From NCBI GenBank assembly GCA_020425605.1, contig JAGQRH010000005.1:75850-139849 (forward strand): a DNA stretch of 64,000 nucleotides. Reading direction: 5' to 3'. Below, piece after piece: positions 34,706 through 44,497 of the stretch (positions are counted from its first letter, which is position 1; the number at the start of each line of letters is the position of its first letter). Position numbers and translations under genes: made by a program. The notes under the pieces are model-generated. The model searched no databases. It was not told the origin of the DNA and saw nothing but the letters and a program-made list of their open reading frames with translations. Source of the DNA: Planctomycetota bacterium (GTDB lineage Bacteria > Planctomycetota > UBA8742 > UBA2392).

Positions 34706-36553
34706 TTGGCGGAAACGTATCACGACGACGATGAATTTCTGGGCAAGGCGTACGACGCCAGGCTGATCAAGCGCCTGATTCCCTACGCGCGTCCATACCT
34801 CGGCCTGGTTCTGTTCGGGACGTTTTTCATGCTGTTCGCGGCCGCATGCGAACTTGGCATCCCGCTCATTGTTAAGGAAACCATCAACGGTCCTTTCACG
34901 GTGCTGGGAGAATCCGCCACCGGGGAGGCTGCAAAAGAGGCGGCCTGGACGAAACTGGGCTGGTTCGCGTTTGGATTCATGGGGCTGGTTGTCATCCAGT
35001 TCTTTGCGCGTTTCGGCAACACCTACCTGTTCCAGAAGCTCGGGCAGAAGGCAGTGCTGGATTTGCGACAGGACGCCTATGCGCACATCCAGCGCTTGCC
35101 ATTGCGGTTCTTTGATCGAAACCCCGTAGGCCGACTTGTCACGCGCGTCACCAGTGACGTGGAAGCGATCGGCGAAGTGTTCGCTTCCGGGCTCGTCCAA
35201 CTCGCCGGTGATGCGCTGACGGTGCTTGGAGCCTTGGCCCTGATGCTGATGCTGAGCTGGCAGCTTGCGCTGTTTGTCGTGGGCGCAATCCCGGTCATGG
35301 CACTGCTGACGTGGATTTTCCGCGGGCGTGCACGAGGCTCATTCCGTGAAATGCGGGTCAAGCTTGCCGTCGTGAACAGCTTCCTGAACGAGACGATCCA
35401 GGGTTGGCGCATCACCCGCATTTTCGGCACCGAGAAACAGATGGCGAAGAAGTTTGATGAACGCAGTGCCGACTACCGCGAGTCAACGTACCGAACAGTC
35501 TTCAACTTCAGCATCTTCTTCCCGATCGTCGAAATCGCGGGAACCATCTGCGTGATGCTGGTCGTGTGGTGGGGGACGCGCAGCATTTTCAACCAGACGC
35601 TCGACTACGGCACCTTCTTCGCCTTCTTCCTCTACACACCGATGATGTTCCGGCCGATCCGGGAAATGAGCGAAAAGTACAACGTGCTGCAGAGCGCGAT
35701 GGCCAGCGCCGAGCGGCTGTTCCGGATTCTTGATACCAAGAACGATGTTGCCGACCCGGCCGAGGCGAAGGCGCCGCCCATCACCGGCGAAATCGAGTTC
35801 CGCGACGTGTGGTTCAGCTACAACGCAACGGATGACAGCGAGCCCGAATGGGTGTTGAAGGGCGTGAGCTTCAAGGTGCCCAGCGGCTCATCCATGGCGC
35901 TGGTGGGTGCGACCGGCAGTGGCAAGACAACCATCATCAGCCTGTTGATGCGTTTCTACGACATCCAGAAGGGCAGCATTCTCATTGATGGCGTGGACAT
36001 CCGCGAAATGTCCAAGGCGCACCTGCGCGAGTCCTTCAGCCTTGTGCTGCAGGACGTGTTCTTGTTTGCGGGCACAGTGCTGGACAACGTGCGCCTCGGG
36101 CATTCAGAGATCTCACGCGAGCAGGTTGAGAAGGCGGCACGCATTGTCCACGCGCACGAGTTCATCATGGGCCTCAGGGATGGTTACGACGCGGTCGTTG
36201 CCGAACGCGGGGCGACCTTCAGCGCCGGGCAGCGACAACTACTGGCATTCGCGCGGGCGCTGGCATTTGAGCCGAAGATTCTGGTGCTGGACGAGGCCAC
36301 ATCGAACATAGACAGCGAAACCGAGGCGCTGATTCAGGATGCGCTGACGCAGATGATGCACGGACGCACGGCCGTCGTCGTCGCCCACCGCCTCAGCACC
36401 ATTACCGACAGCGACAACATTCTCGTGCTGCATAAGGGGCAGGTCGTTGAACAAGGCAGCCATGCCGAGTTGCTCCAGCAGGGCGGTCGTTACGCCAAGC
36501 TCTACCAGCTGCAGTTCGCCAACGGCACCAAAGCCGAAACCAAGGCGGGGTAG
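34706..36553 (+). CDS. ABC exporter, fused permease/ATPase (MsbA/type I exporter-like)
   Basis: TTG start. Six N-terminal TMs. Walker A GATGSGKTT, signature FSAGQRQLLAFARAL, Walker B ILVLDEATS, H-loop VVAHRLST. Confidence 0.9.
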   Translation: MAETYHDDDEFLGKAYDARLIKRLIPYARPYLGLVLFGTFFMLFAAACELGIPLIVKETINGPFTVLGESATGEAAKEAAWTKLGWFAFGFMGLVVIQFFARFGNTYLFQKLGQKAVLDLRQDAYAHIQRLPLRFFDRNPVGRLVTRVTSDVEAIGEVFASGLVQLAGDALTVLGALALMLMLSWQLALFVVGAIPVMALLTWIFRGRARGSFREMRVKLAVVNSFLNETIQGWRITRIFGTEKQMAKKFDERSADYRESTYRTVFNFSIFFPIVEIAGTICVMLVVWWGTRSIFNQTLDYGTFFAFFLYTPMMFRPIREMSEKYNVLQSAMASAERLFRILDTKNDVADPAEAKAPPITGEIEFRDVWFSYNATDDSEPEWVLKGVSFKVPSGSSMALVGATGSGKTTIISLLMRFYDIQKGSILIDGVDIREMSKAHLRESFSLVLQDVFLFAGTVLDNVRLGHSEISREQVEKAARIVHAHEFIMGLRDGYDAVVAERGATFSAGQRQLLAFARALAFEPKILVLDEATSNIDSETEALIQDALTQMMHGRTAVVVAHRLSTITDSDNILVLHKGQVVEQGSHAELLQQGGRYAKLYQLQFANGTKAETKAG

Positions 36554-36603
36554 GCACTAGCCGACTCACGAGGGCCGGGGCTTGTTCGCGGGCAGGGCCT
36601 AGG

Positions 36604-37611
36604 CTACCCCACAACCCTAGCGTATGCGGCTTTCGCCCGATCGATATCGCCCGTTCCATGCACCAGCGCACGCCCGTCGCGATAGAGTGTGATGGTCAGG
36701 CCCTCGAAAGCGGCCCGCAGCAAAAAGTCGTTTTCGGTAGAGAGCTTTGCCGCATGGCGAATACGTTCCCGCACGGCTGCGTAGTCGAACGTGCCTTCTG
36801 GCGTGATTTGGACGCTGTCCCGGCCGCAGAGTGCGGTGTGCTTTGTTGCGCGCCTGCCATCGAGCCATGGATAGTCGTGCCAGGCGCAGGTGGGGCAGTC
36901 GGGCCGCGGCGTTGACGCGTCCAAAATCGTGCGTTCGCCGCTCCAGACGTCGACCGTCATCATCTTCGAGATCAACGCTGTAGAGTTGCCTGACATCAGC
37001 TTCAGCGCCGCGCCGCTGGCCCATGCTACGGCCTGCAGAACGGCTGGCATGATGATGCCCGTGGTGTCACAGGTTTCGCCACTGGCCGCGGGCTGCTCTT
37101 CCAGCAGGCAGCGCAGGCAGGCGGACTTGCCGGGAATGATCGGCATACAGGTCGCCCGCGACGACACGCAACCGGCATAGAGCCACGGAATGTTTCGTTT
37201 GATCGCAAGATCGTTGATCAGGAAGCGGGCTTCAAAGTTGTCTGTGGCGTCGAGTATCAGTGTCGCCTGCTCACCCAACTTCGCCGCGTTTCGAAAGTTG
37301 AAGTCGGTGACCTTTGCGCGCACTGTTACGCCGCTGTTCACACGCTCAAGCTTGCGTCGGGCCGCCTCGGCCTTGGGTAGTGCGTCACGTACATCCTGCT
37401 CATCGAAAAGGGATTGGCGTTGCAGGTTGCTGGTCTCGACGATGTCGCGATCGACGATCGTCAGTCTGCCAACGCCTGCGCGCACGCAGAATTCGGCCAG
37501 GTGCGTGCCGAGCGCTCCGCAACCAACCAGCAGGACCCGCGAATCACGAATGCGCTGCTGGCCCTCGGGGCCGATCGGTGCGAACAGCTCTTGCCTGGAA
37601 TAGCGGGACAT
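36604..37611 (-). CDS. ThiF/MoeB/HesA-family E1-like adenylyltransferase
   Basis: Start moved to ATG 37611 (MSRYSRQELF). LLVGCGALGTHLAEFCVRAGVGRLTIVDRDIVETSNLQRQ. Cys pairs CLRC and CPTC. Confidence 0.85.
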   Translation of the reverse strand: MSRYSRQELFAPIGPEGQQRIRDSRVLLVGCGALGTHLAEFCVRAGVGRLTIVDRDIVETSNLQRQSLFDEQDVRDALPKAEAARRKLERVNSGVTVRAKVTDFNFRNAAKLGEQATLILDATDNFEARFLINDLAIKRNIPWLYAGCVSSRATCMPIIPGKSACLRCLLEEQPAASGETCDTTGIIMPAVLQAVAWASGAALKLMSGNSTALISKMMTVDVWSGERTILDASTPRPDCPTCAWHDYPWLDGRRATKHTALCGRDSVQITPEGTFDYAAVRERIRHAAKLSTENDFLLRAAFEGLTITLYRDGRALVHGTGDIDRAKAAYARVVG

Positions 37612-37615
37612 GCGG

Positions 37616-38224
37616 CTAGTCTTGCGCCTTCTGCGCAGCCCGCAAGGCCCCGAAGTAAGGGATAATGCTGAGCACACTGACCAGCCCGGTCACGCCGATC
37701 AGCGCCATGTTGAGCGGCTTGACCCAGCTCTCGATCCACGGCCAGTAATGACAGAAGAACTCTAGCCAGCATAGCGCAATGAACACAAGCGTCTGAACCA
37801 GCGTCTTCAGCTTGCCCCAGAAGTTTGCGCCCAGCACGACACCGAGATTCAGAGCCGACGGCCGCAGATAGACGTGCTGTACAAACTCGCGCACGACAAA
37901 TGGCAGCACGAACCAGATCGGGTAGGCACCGGACAAACCAAGCGCCGCCCACACCATCACGAAGAAGACGGCGTCTGCCAGTGGGTCAAAGATCTTGCCA
38001 AGGTCGGACACCTGCTTCTGACGGCGCGCGAAGTAGCCGTCACAGAAATCGGTGAACATCGCCAGCCCGCCGGCCCAGCCGCCAACCCACAAGCCCCAGT
38101 ACGTCTGAGTCATGAAGCAGTAGGCACACACCGGCGCCAGCGCGAAACGCGCAAACGTGAACACATTGGCCAGTGTCCAGAAGCGAAAGCTGATGGGTCG
38201 GTCTGTCGCAAGAATGCCGCTCAT
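37616..38224 (-). CDS. CDP-alcohol phosphatidyltransferase (PgsA-like)
   Basis: DFCDGYFARRQKQVSDLGKIFDPLADAVFF fits DGx2ARx8Gx3Dx3D. Multi-TM. Confidence 0.85.
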   Translation of the reverse strand: MSGILATDRPISFRFWTLANVFTFARFALAPVCAYCFMTQTYWGLWVGGWAGGLAMFTDFCDGYFARRQKQVSDLGKIFDPLADAVFFVMVWAALGLSGAYPIWFVLPFVVREFVQHVYLRPSALNLGVVLGANFWGKLKTLVQTLVFIALCWLEFFCHYWPWIESWVKPLNMALIGVTGLVSVLSIIPYFGALRAAQKAQD

Positions 38225-38541
38225 GAGTGTGAAGCTTCCATCAACGGCGTGCGCGCATCAAGCACCCAGATTTTTCCGTCGCCATGGCGCCCGGTTCGGC
38301 AGGCTTGCATCAGGGCATCCAGCACGCGCCGGAGGTCATCAGGAGTCACTGTGAATTCGATTCGCACGCGGGGCAGGAATGCTACGGCAAAGCGGTCGTC
38401 CTTGTAGTCCTTTAGATGATCCTTCTGGCGGCCGTATCCACGTGCCTCAGAGTGAACAACGTCCGAGACGCCCGATTCCGCCAGTGCTCGCAAGCATGCA
38501 TCCAGCTTGAAGGGTTTGATGACTGCAACGACCTGGCGCAT
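38221..38541 (-). CDS. P-II family nitrogen-regulatory-like protein
   Basis: AVIKPFKLD, T-loop-like RGYGRQKDHLKDY, GDGKIWVLD. ATGA overlap with the pgsA-like gene. Confidence 0.8.
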   Translation of the reverse strand: MRQVVAVIKPFKLDACLRALAESGVSDVVHSEARGYGRQKDHLKDYKDDRFAVAFLPRVRIEFTVTPDDLRRVLDALMQACRTGRHGDGKIWVLDARTPLMEASHS

Positions 38542-38682
38542 GGCTGCCATGCTGGCACCCCAAAGATGACCTGCCGAAACGACTGTCATAGCGACAGCGA
38601 CTTCTACCACCCCTACGCTCAGGGGTCAACGTAACTCTCTATATGGGCGTTAGTTATGCGCGCCTTCGTACGCAAGCACAGT

Positions 38683-38698
38683 ATGGCATTGCCTTTGC
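38683..38698 (+). promoter_or_regulatory. candidate sigma54 (-24/-12) promoter
   Basis: TGGCAT-tgcct-TTGCA with correct GG-N10-GC spacing. The -12 element lies ~28 nt upstream of ATG 38725. Confidence 0.45.
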
Positions 38699-38724
38699 AC
38701 TTCTGTGGCCAGTGAAGGTGCTGT

Positions 38725-39096
38725 ATGAAGGTGTCGCAACATTCGGTTCTGCTGGTGGATGACAATGTCGGCCTGCGTGCCGGGCTTGCCACCGTCCTGG
38801 AAGACGAGGGGATTGAGACCCGCCAGGCTGAACGGGGCGACGAAGCGATCCGATTGGTGCAGGAGTTTCGCTTCGACCTCGTGGTGCTTGATCTGAACCT
38901 GCCGGACATGACAGGCGTCAGGGTCTACACGAGCGTCCAGCAGGAACTGATCAGGCCGCAGTGCATCTTCATGACGGCCGAGGCGAGTGACGAGTTGATC
39001 GAGCAGGCACTGAGGCTCGAGCCGCTGCGCCTGCTTCGAAAGCCGTTTGAGCTGAACCTGTTCCGCGACCTGGTACGCCGGGCGATCGCGAACTGA
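38725..39096 (+). CDS. single-domain response regulator (CheY-like receiver)
   Basis: VLLVDDN, phospho-acceptor LVVLDLNLPDMTG, KPF. Confidence 0.85.
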   Translation: MKVSQHSVLLVDDNVGLRAGLATVLEDEGIETRQAERGDEAIRLVQEFRFDLVVLDLNLPDMTGVRVYTSVQQELIRPQCIFMTAEASDELIEQALRLEPLRLLRKPFELNLFRDLVRRAIAN

Positions 39097-39103
39097 GAAA
39101 GAC

Positions 39104-39529
39104 ATGAGCTTGAGTCGCATACCAAATCAGCCAGGCGAGAACCCACCCGTCACGAAAGTGATCGTGGTGCAGACGCCGCTTGGTCTGGTGAAGCTGGCCG
39201 TGCCGGTCTCGGGCGATTCCGACGGTCAGGATCCTTTGCAGGTTGCAATGAGCGCCTTTCAGGACGCGGTAGACCGCGGCGCGGAAGACCCGTTGACTGA
39301 GACTCTGCTGCACCTGAAGGAAATGTCGGATGCCGGCACTACCCAGCCACTGGTATTGGGGCTGGCGATCCTGAAGCAGATGGCGGACAAGAACATGCTG
39401 CCGCCTATGAGTGTGCTGATTGAAGGCACTGGGATCACGCCGGCATTCGTGCAATCAGCACTGGAAGAAGTCACGCCGCGTGAGCAGCGCGGAATCATCG
39501 ACAAACTTGATTCGATCTACCTGAACTAG
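39104..39529 (+). CDS. hypothetical protein (141 aa)
   Basis: ORF with a 7-nt gap after the response regulator and an 18-nt gap before groES. Confidence 0.5.
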   Translation: MSLSRIPNQPGENPPVTKVIVVQTPLGLVKLAVPVSGDSDGQDPLQVAMSAFQDAVDRGAEDPLTETLLHLKEMSDAGTTQPLVLGLAILKQMADKNMLPPMSVLIEGTGITPAFVQSALEEVTPREQRGIIDKLDSIYLN

Positions 39530-39547
39530 ATTCGCGGAGAGCAACAA

Positions 39548-39844
39548 ATGGCAACGAACGTTCGTCCACTCAACGACAAGGTGCTCATCGAGCGCGCCAA
39601 GGCCGAAGAAAAGACCAAGGGCGGAATCATCCTGCCCGACAGCAGCAAGGAAAAGCCGAAGGAAGGCAAGATCGTTGCGCTCGGTCGCGGCAGGCTCAAC
39701 ACAGAGACCGGCGAATGGCTGCCGTTCCAGGTGAAGAAGGGCGACAAGATCCTCTTCAAGAGCTACGCCGGTACCGACGTCAAGATCGACGGCAAGGACT
39801 ACATCCTGATGAGCGAAGAGGAAATCCTCGCCGTCATCGAATAA
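39548..39844 (+). CDS. groES: co-chaperonin GroES
   Basis: RPLNDKVLIERAKAEEKTKGGIILPDS... 98 aa. Confidence 0.95.
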   Translation: MATNVRPLNDKVLIERAKAEEKTKGGIILPDSSKEKPKEGKIVALGRGRLNTETGEWLPFQVKKGDKILFKSYAGTDVKIDGKDYILMSEEEILAVIE

Positions 39845-39880
39845 CCCACTAACCAGCGCAATCCGATAAAGGACGCATAC

Positions 39881-41563
39881 ATGTCAGCCAAACAGATCGT
39901 ATTCGACCAGGACGCACGCGAACGTATTCGCAACGGCGTGCGCAATCTCGCCCGCGCAGTCAAGACCACCCTCGGCCCCCGCGGCCGCAATGTGGTAATC
40001 GAGAAGTCCTACGGCGCCCCGACCGTTACCAAAGACGGCGTTACCGTCGCCAAGGAAATTGAGTTCAAGGACCCGTGGGAAAACATGGGCGCCCAGATCG
40101 TCAAGCAGGTCGCCAGCCAGACCAGCGACAAGGCCGGCGACGGGACCACGACTGCGACCGTGCTCGCCGAGGCGATCGTTGACGAAGGCCTCAAGAACGT
40201 CGCGGCCGGCGTGAACCCGATCGGCCTGCGTGATGGCATCAACAAGGCAATCCAGCACCTGGTGAAGCAGCTCAACGCGAAGTCCAAGGCGATCAGCACC
40301 AGCGCCGAGGTTGAGCAGGTCGGCACCATCGCCGCCAACGGCGACGCCGAAATCGGCAAGATGCTTGCCACAGCCATGGACAAGGTCGGCAAGGACGGCG
40401 TGATCACAGTCGAAGAGGGCAAAGGCCTCGAGACTGAAGTGGAGTGGGTCGAGGGCATGCAGTTCGACAAGGGCTACGTGAGCCCGCACTTCATCAACGA
40501 CCGTGCCAACATGCGCACCGAGTTTGAGGACGCCTACATTTTCCTCTACGACAAGAAGCTGAGCAGCATCAAGGACATGATGCCGCTGCTTGAGCAGCTT
40601 GCACGCGGCCAGAAGTCGGTCGTGTTCATCGCCGAAGATATTGAAGGCGAAGCACTGGCGACTCTCGTGGTCAATAACCTCCGCCAGGTTCTCAAGTGCG
40701 CGTGCGTAAAGGCGCCCGGATTCGGCGACCGCCGCAAGGCCATGCTGGAAGACATCGCCACGCTGACCGGCGGCAAGGTCATCAGTGAAGAAATCGGCAT
40801 GAGCCTTGAGACCACGGGGCTCGACACGCTCGGCCGTGCAAAGCGCGTCCTGATCGAGAAGGACAACACCACGATTATCGAAGGCGCGGGCACAGCCAAG
40901 GATATCAAGGCGCGCATCGACCAGCTCAATGGCGAAATCGAGCGTACCACCAGCGACTACGACCGTGAAAAGCTGCAGGAGCGCGTCGCCAAGCTCGCGG
41001 GCGGCGTCGCAAAGCTGAAGGTTGGCGCAGCCACGGAAGTTGAGATGAAGGAAAAGAAGGCCCGCGTCGAGGATGCGCTGCATGCAACCCGCGCAGCCGT
41101 TGAAAGCGGAATCCTTCCGGGTGGCGGCGTTGCACTGCTGCGCCTGTCCGAAGGTATGGGCAAGATCGGCGACACGGAAGGCGAGAAGATCGGCGTCGAC
41201 ATTGTACGCCGTGCCTTGAGCGCGCCGCTGAAGCAGATCGCCGCCAACGCCGGGCTGGATGGCAGCGTGGTCGCCATGAAGGTCCTTGAGAAGAAGGACT
41301 TCAACTGGGGCTACAACGCAGCTACCGACACATACGAAGACCTGGTCAAGTCAGGCGTGATTGACCCGGCGAAGGTCACCAGCACCGCGCTTCAGAACGC
41401 GGGCAGCGTGGCAACACTCGTGCTTACCACCAATGTCGCGATCAGCGAGATCCCGCAAAAGAAGGAAGCGGGAGCCGGTGCCGCAGCAGGAATGGGCGGC
41501 ATGGGTGGAATGGGCGGTATGGGAGGCATGGGCGGAATGGGTGGCATGCCCGGCATGATGTAG
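39881..41563 (+). CDS. groEL: chaperonin GroEL
   Basis: [12 protein letters not shown], full-length Cpn60, GGM-repeat C-terminus. Confidence 0.97.
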   Translation: MSAKQIVFDQDARERIRNGVRNLARAVKTTLGPRGRNVVIEKSYGAPTVTKDGVTVAKEIEFKDPWENMGAQIVKQVASQTSDKAGDGTTTATVLAEAIVDEGLKNVAAGVNPIGLRDGINKAIQHLVKQLNAKSKAISTSAEVEQVGTIAANGDAEIGKMLATAMDKVGKDGVITVEEGKGLETEVEWVEGMQFDKGYVSPHFINDRANMRTEFEDAYIFLYDKKLSSIKDMMPLLEQLARGQKSVVFIAEDIEGEALATLVVNNLRQVLKCACVKAPGFGDRRKAMLEDIATLTGGKVISEEIGMSLETTGLDTLGRAKRVLIEKDNTTIIEGAGTAKDIKARIDQLNGEIERTTSDYDREKLQERVAKLAGGVAKLKVGAATEVEMKEKKARVEDALHATRAAVESGILPGGGVALLRLSEGMGKIGDTEGEKIGVDIVRRALSAPLKQIAANAGLDGSVVAMKVLEKKDFNWGYNAATDTYEDLVKSGVIDPAKVTSTALQNAGSVATLVLTTNVAISEIPQKKEAGAGAAAGMGGMGGMGGMGGMGGMGGMPGMM

Positions 41564-41583
41564 AATCTACGCACGATTCAAAA

Positions 41584-41611
41584 CCAGGGGCGGCCGATTG
41601 GCCGCCCCTGG
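41584..41611. terminator. bidirectional intrinsic terminator
   Basis: CCAGGGGCGGCC-gatt-GGCCGCCCCTGG. Confidence 0.7.
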
Positions 41612-41773
41612 TCATTCACCCTTTGTGGGATCATTGCTCTCGGACGCCTTCTCGTTGTCCTTTCCGGATTGCCTGGATGCCAAGACAATCACGGCGAGTA
41701 TGCCCACAAAGAGGATGGTCCCGCCGATGATTGGGATGGCGTTGCCGAGTATCCAGTCGAGCGCCTGTTGCAT
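41612..41773 (-). CDS. small membrane protein (53 aa)
   Basis: ATG 41773 overlaps the ltaE stop (TAATG). One TM (AIPIIGGTILFVGILAVIVLA). Confidence 0.45.
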   Translation of the reverse strand: MQQALDWILGNAIPIIGGTILFVGILAVIVLASRQSGKDNEKASESNDPTKGE

Positions 41774-42804
41774 TACCCCAGTATGTCTTTCCACGCGACC
41801 AGTGCACGTTTGACGTCTTCACCGTCGACATCGTTGTGCGTGACCATACGCCAGCGCGTGCCGAGGTAGAGTGCCAGCACCTGCTTTTCGCGCAGACGTT
41901 CAAGCCACGCATCGAACTCGCCTTCCCGGCCGGGAATACTGAAATACAGAATGTTCGTCTGTACGGTCGCCAGATCGAGCTCGACACCCTTCATGCCATT
42001 GAATCCTTCTGCAAGCGCTCTGGCATTGGCGTGGTCGTCTTTCAGTCGGTCAATCATCTTCGTGATGCTGACGATACCGCAGGCCGCAAGAAGACCACTC
42101 TGGCGCATGCCGCCGCCGAGTTGCTTGCGCAGGTAGCGTCCACGCTCGATATCGACCCGCGAACCGACAAGCACACTGCCCACCGGCGACGCCAGCCCCT
42201 TGCTGAGGCACACGCTGATGGTGTCGAAGGGGGCGCACATTTCCTTCAGTGATTGCCCGGTGGCGACATGCGCGTTCCAGAGGCGCGCGCCGTCGAGGTG
42301 GTACTTAAGGCCATAGCGCTTCGCGACCTCAGCCAGGGCGAGCACGTTCTCATTCGGTACAATCGTGCCACCTGCCGCATTATGCGTGTTCTCGACCGTG
42401 ATCAGCGCAGTGCGCGGATTGTGAATGTTGTTGGGGCGAATCAGGCGCTCGACTTCCGCCGGATCCATGACGCCCATCTTGCCGTGAACCGGTCTGACCT
42501 GGGCCTGCGCAATCCGCGCAAGAGCGCCGCTTTCATTGTTGTAGGTATGCGCGCCGAATTCGCAGATCAGCTCGTCACCGGGTTTGCAGTGCAGTGCAAT
42601 GGCGATCTGATTACCCATTGTGCCGCTGGGGACGAACAGCCCGGCCTCTTTGCCTAGCAGCTCGGCCGTCATCTCCTCGAGCTTTCTGGCTGTCGGCTCA
42701 GTGCCGAGGACGTCGTCGCCCAACTCTGCCTTGGCCATCGCCGCGCGCATTTCGGGGGTAGGCAGTGTGACCGTGTCGCTTCGAAAGTCAGATAGCTGGT
42801 GCAT
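41773..42804 (-). CDS. ltaE: low-specificity L-threonine aldolase
   Basis: [28 protein letters not shown]-Lys region [14 protein letters not shown]. Confidence 0.9.
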   Translation of the reverse strand: MHQLSDFRSDTVTLPTPEMRAAMAKAELGDDVLGTEPTARKLEEMTAELLGKEAGLFVPSGTMGNQIAIALHCKPGDELICEFGAHTYNNESGALARIAQAQVRPVHGKMGVMDPAEVERLIRPNNIHNPRTALITVENTHNAAGGTIVPNENVLALAEVAKRYGLKYHLDGARLWNAHVATGQSLKEMCAPFDTISVCLSKGLASPVGSVLVGSRVDIERGRYLRKQLGGGMRQSGLLAACGIVSITKMIDRLKDDHANARALAEGFNGMKGVELDLATVQTNILYFSIPGREGEFDAWLERLREKQVLALYLGTRWRMVTHNDVDGEDVKRALVAWKDILG

Positions 42805-42848
42805 ATTCGCCTCTTTCGTGCTGCCGGGCGCAATCTACATTCACGGGC

Positions 42849-43823
42849 ATGGCGAATAAGCCTCGAATCCGGCTGATCTTTACCGGCGGCACCATCAGCA
42901 TGCGCGACGACGCCGGCAAGGGCGCCGTGCCGGTGCTGTCCGGCGCGGACCTGCTGAAGGACGTGCCCGGCCTCGATGAGTTCTGCGAGGTAGATGTTCA
43001 CGACTTCGGCCAGCTTCCCGGGCCGCACATGACGCCGCAGCGAATGTTCGAGCTGTCGAAGCTCGCGTCCAAGTCGTTCGACGAAGGCTTTGACGCGGTG
43101 GTGCTGACCCACGGAACGGATACGCTGGAAGAAACGGCGTACCTGATGGAACTCCGCCATGAAGGCCCGCAGCCGATCGTGTTCGTCGGGGCCATGCGCA
43201 CCAGCAGCCAGTTGTCGTGGGACGGCCCGATCAACCTGTTTGAGGCCTGCCGAGTTGCCGCCGACCCGCGCTCGCGCGATCGAGGCGTGATGGTAGTGAT
43301 GAACTCGACTGTGTTCGCGGCCGCCGAAGTGACGAAGACCTACACCGAGGCGCTGGACACCTTCCAGTCGCCAGACATCGGCCCTCTCGGCACGTTCGAC
43401 GGCAAGGACCTGCTATGGCTGCGCAAGCCCCACCGCAAGCCGCTGCTGGGGGATGCGCTCGACTATCGCGTCGGCCTCGTCGTTGCCAGCGCCGGCGACG
43501 ACGGCGGGCTGATCGACCATTGCGTGAAGCGCGGCGACAAGGGGCTCGTTATCGAAGCCCTCGGCCGTGGAAACCTTCCACCACCGATGGCTGCTGCCGC
43601 AAAACGTGCTGTGGATGCGGGTCTGCTGGTGGTGCTCACTTCCCGCTGCTGGGGTGGACGCGTCAGCGGGACTTACGGCTATGATGGCGGTGGCGCGCGA
43701 CTGAAGGAAGCGGGCCTCGTGTTCGCGCCCGGTATACCCGGTCACAAGGCGCGCATCCTTACCATGGCAGCTTTCGGCGCGGGCTTCGGCCCGCAGGAGT
43801 TGAAGGCATGGCTGGCGGAATAG
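42849..43823 (+). CDS. L-asparaginase (type I-like)
   Basis: [10 protein letters not shown] (Thr nucleophile), [12 protein letters not shown]. Confidence 0.85.
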   Translation: MANKPRIRLIFTGGTISMRDDAGKGAVPVLSGADLLKDVPGLDEFCEVDVHDFGQLPGPHMTPQRMFELSKLASKSFDEGFDAVVLTHGTDTLEETAYLMELRHEGPQPIVFVGAMRTSSQLSWDGPINLFEACRVAADPRSRDRGVMVVMNSTVFAAAEVTKTYTEALDTFQSPDIGPLGTFDGKDLLWLRKPHRKPLLGDALDYRVGLVVASAGDDGGLIDHCVKRGDKGLVIEALGRGNLPPPMAAAAKRAVDAGLLVVLTSRCWGGRVSGTYGYDGGGARLKEAGLVFAPGIPGHKARILTMAAFGAGFGPQELKAWLAE

Positions 43824-44497
43824 AGGGCGCCGACGTGCTGATCACGGCCGGGCCAACTCACGAATACCTGGATGACGTTCGCTACCTCGGCAATCCGAGC
43901 ACTGGGCGTATGGGCCTTGAGCTGGCCGAGGCCGCACGAAACAGGGGTGCCATCGTTACCATGGTGATCGGGCCGTGTCAGCTCATGCCTCCGCCCGGCA
44001 TCCACTGGATATCGGTCACCAGCGCCACAGAAATGCTGGCTGCGGTCAAAGAGCGTTTCGATGAGAGCAAGGTGTTCATCGCCAGCGCTGCCGTAAGCGA
44101 CTACCGCCCGGCCGTTCGAGTAGAGGGCAAGGAGAAGAAAGGCCCGAAGAAGAAGACACTCGAGCTGATCAAGAACCCTGACATCCTGAAGACGGTTACG
44201 CGCAAGCGTCGCAGCGACCAGGTGATCGTCGGATTCAGCCTGGAATCGAGCAACCTGCTCAGAAACGGCCGCAAGAAGATGACTGCCAAGCGCTGCGACC
44301 TGATGGTCGTCAACAGCCCCGGCCATTTTGGCGATGCGCGCGAACATGTGTGGGTGCTGAACAAGCGTGGCGTGGTGAAGGAAGTTCCGCCTTCGAACAA
44401 GAAGGCAATCGCCGAGCAGGTCATCGCGCTGGTGGACGCAAGCCTGCGCCGGGAACTGCTTCCGGTCACGCAACGCTTCGAGGAGCTGAAACTGTGA
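43808..44497 (+). CDS. coaB: phosphopantothenate--cysteine ligase, stand-alone CoaB domain
   Basis: VLITAGPTHEYLDDVRYLGNPSTGRMG, IASAAVSDYRP. No N-terminal CoaC flavoprotein half. Confidence 0.8.
   Translation: MAGGIEGADVLITAGPTHEYLDDVRYLGNPSTGRMGLELAEAARNRGAIVTMVIGPCQLMPPPGIHWISVTSATEMLAAVKERFDESKVFIASAAVSDYRPAVRVEGKEKKGPKKKTLELIKNPDILKTVTRKRRSDQVIVGFSLESSNLLRNGRKKMTAKRCDLMVVNSPGHFGDAREHVWVLNKRGVVKEVPPSNKKAIAEQVIALVDASLRRELLPVTQRFEELKL

Noticed and set aside
34574-35200. N-terminal ~200 codons of track ORF 33797..35200
   Set aside because: The segment overlaps the well-supported ABC exporter on the other strand and has shadow composition, so the gene was trimmed to ATG 34573.
37985-38010. 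TGGCAA-N5-TTGAC on the minus strand
   Set aside because: It lies inside the pgsA-like coding sequence and lacks the critical -12 GC.
39480-39548. Looked for a CIRCE (TTAGCACTC-N9-GAGTGCTAA) operator before groES
   Set aside because: No such inverted repeat is present here or upstream of 38725.
39884-41083. 399-aa minus-strand ORF
   Set aside because: Antisense shadow of groEL.
41490-41563. GGM-encoding tandem repeat
   Set aside because: This is the normal GroEL C-terminal Gly-Gly-Met tail, not a novel repeat.
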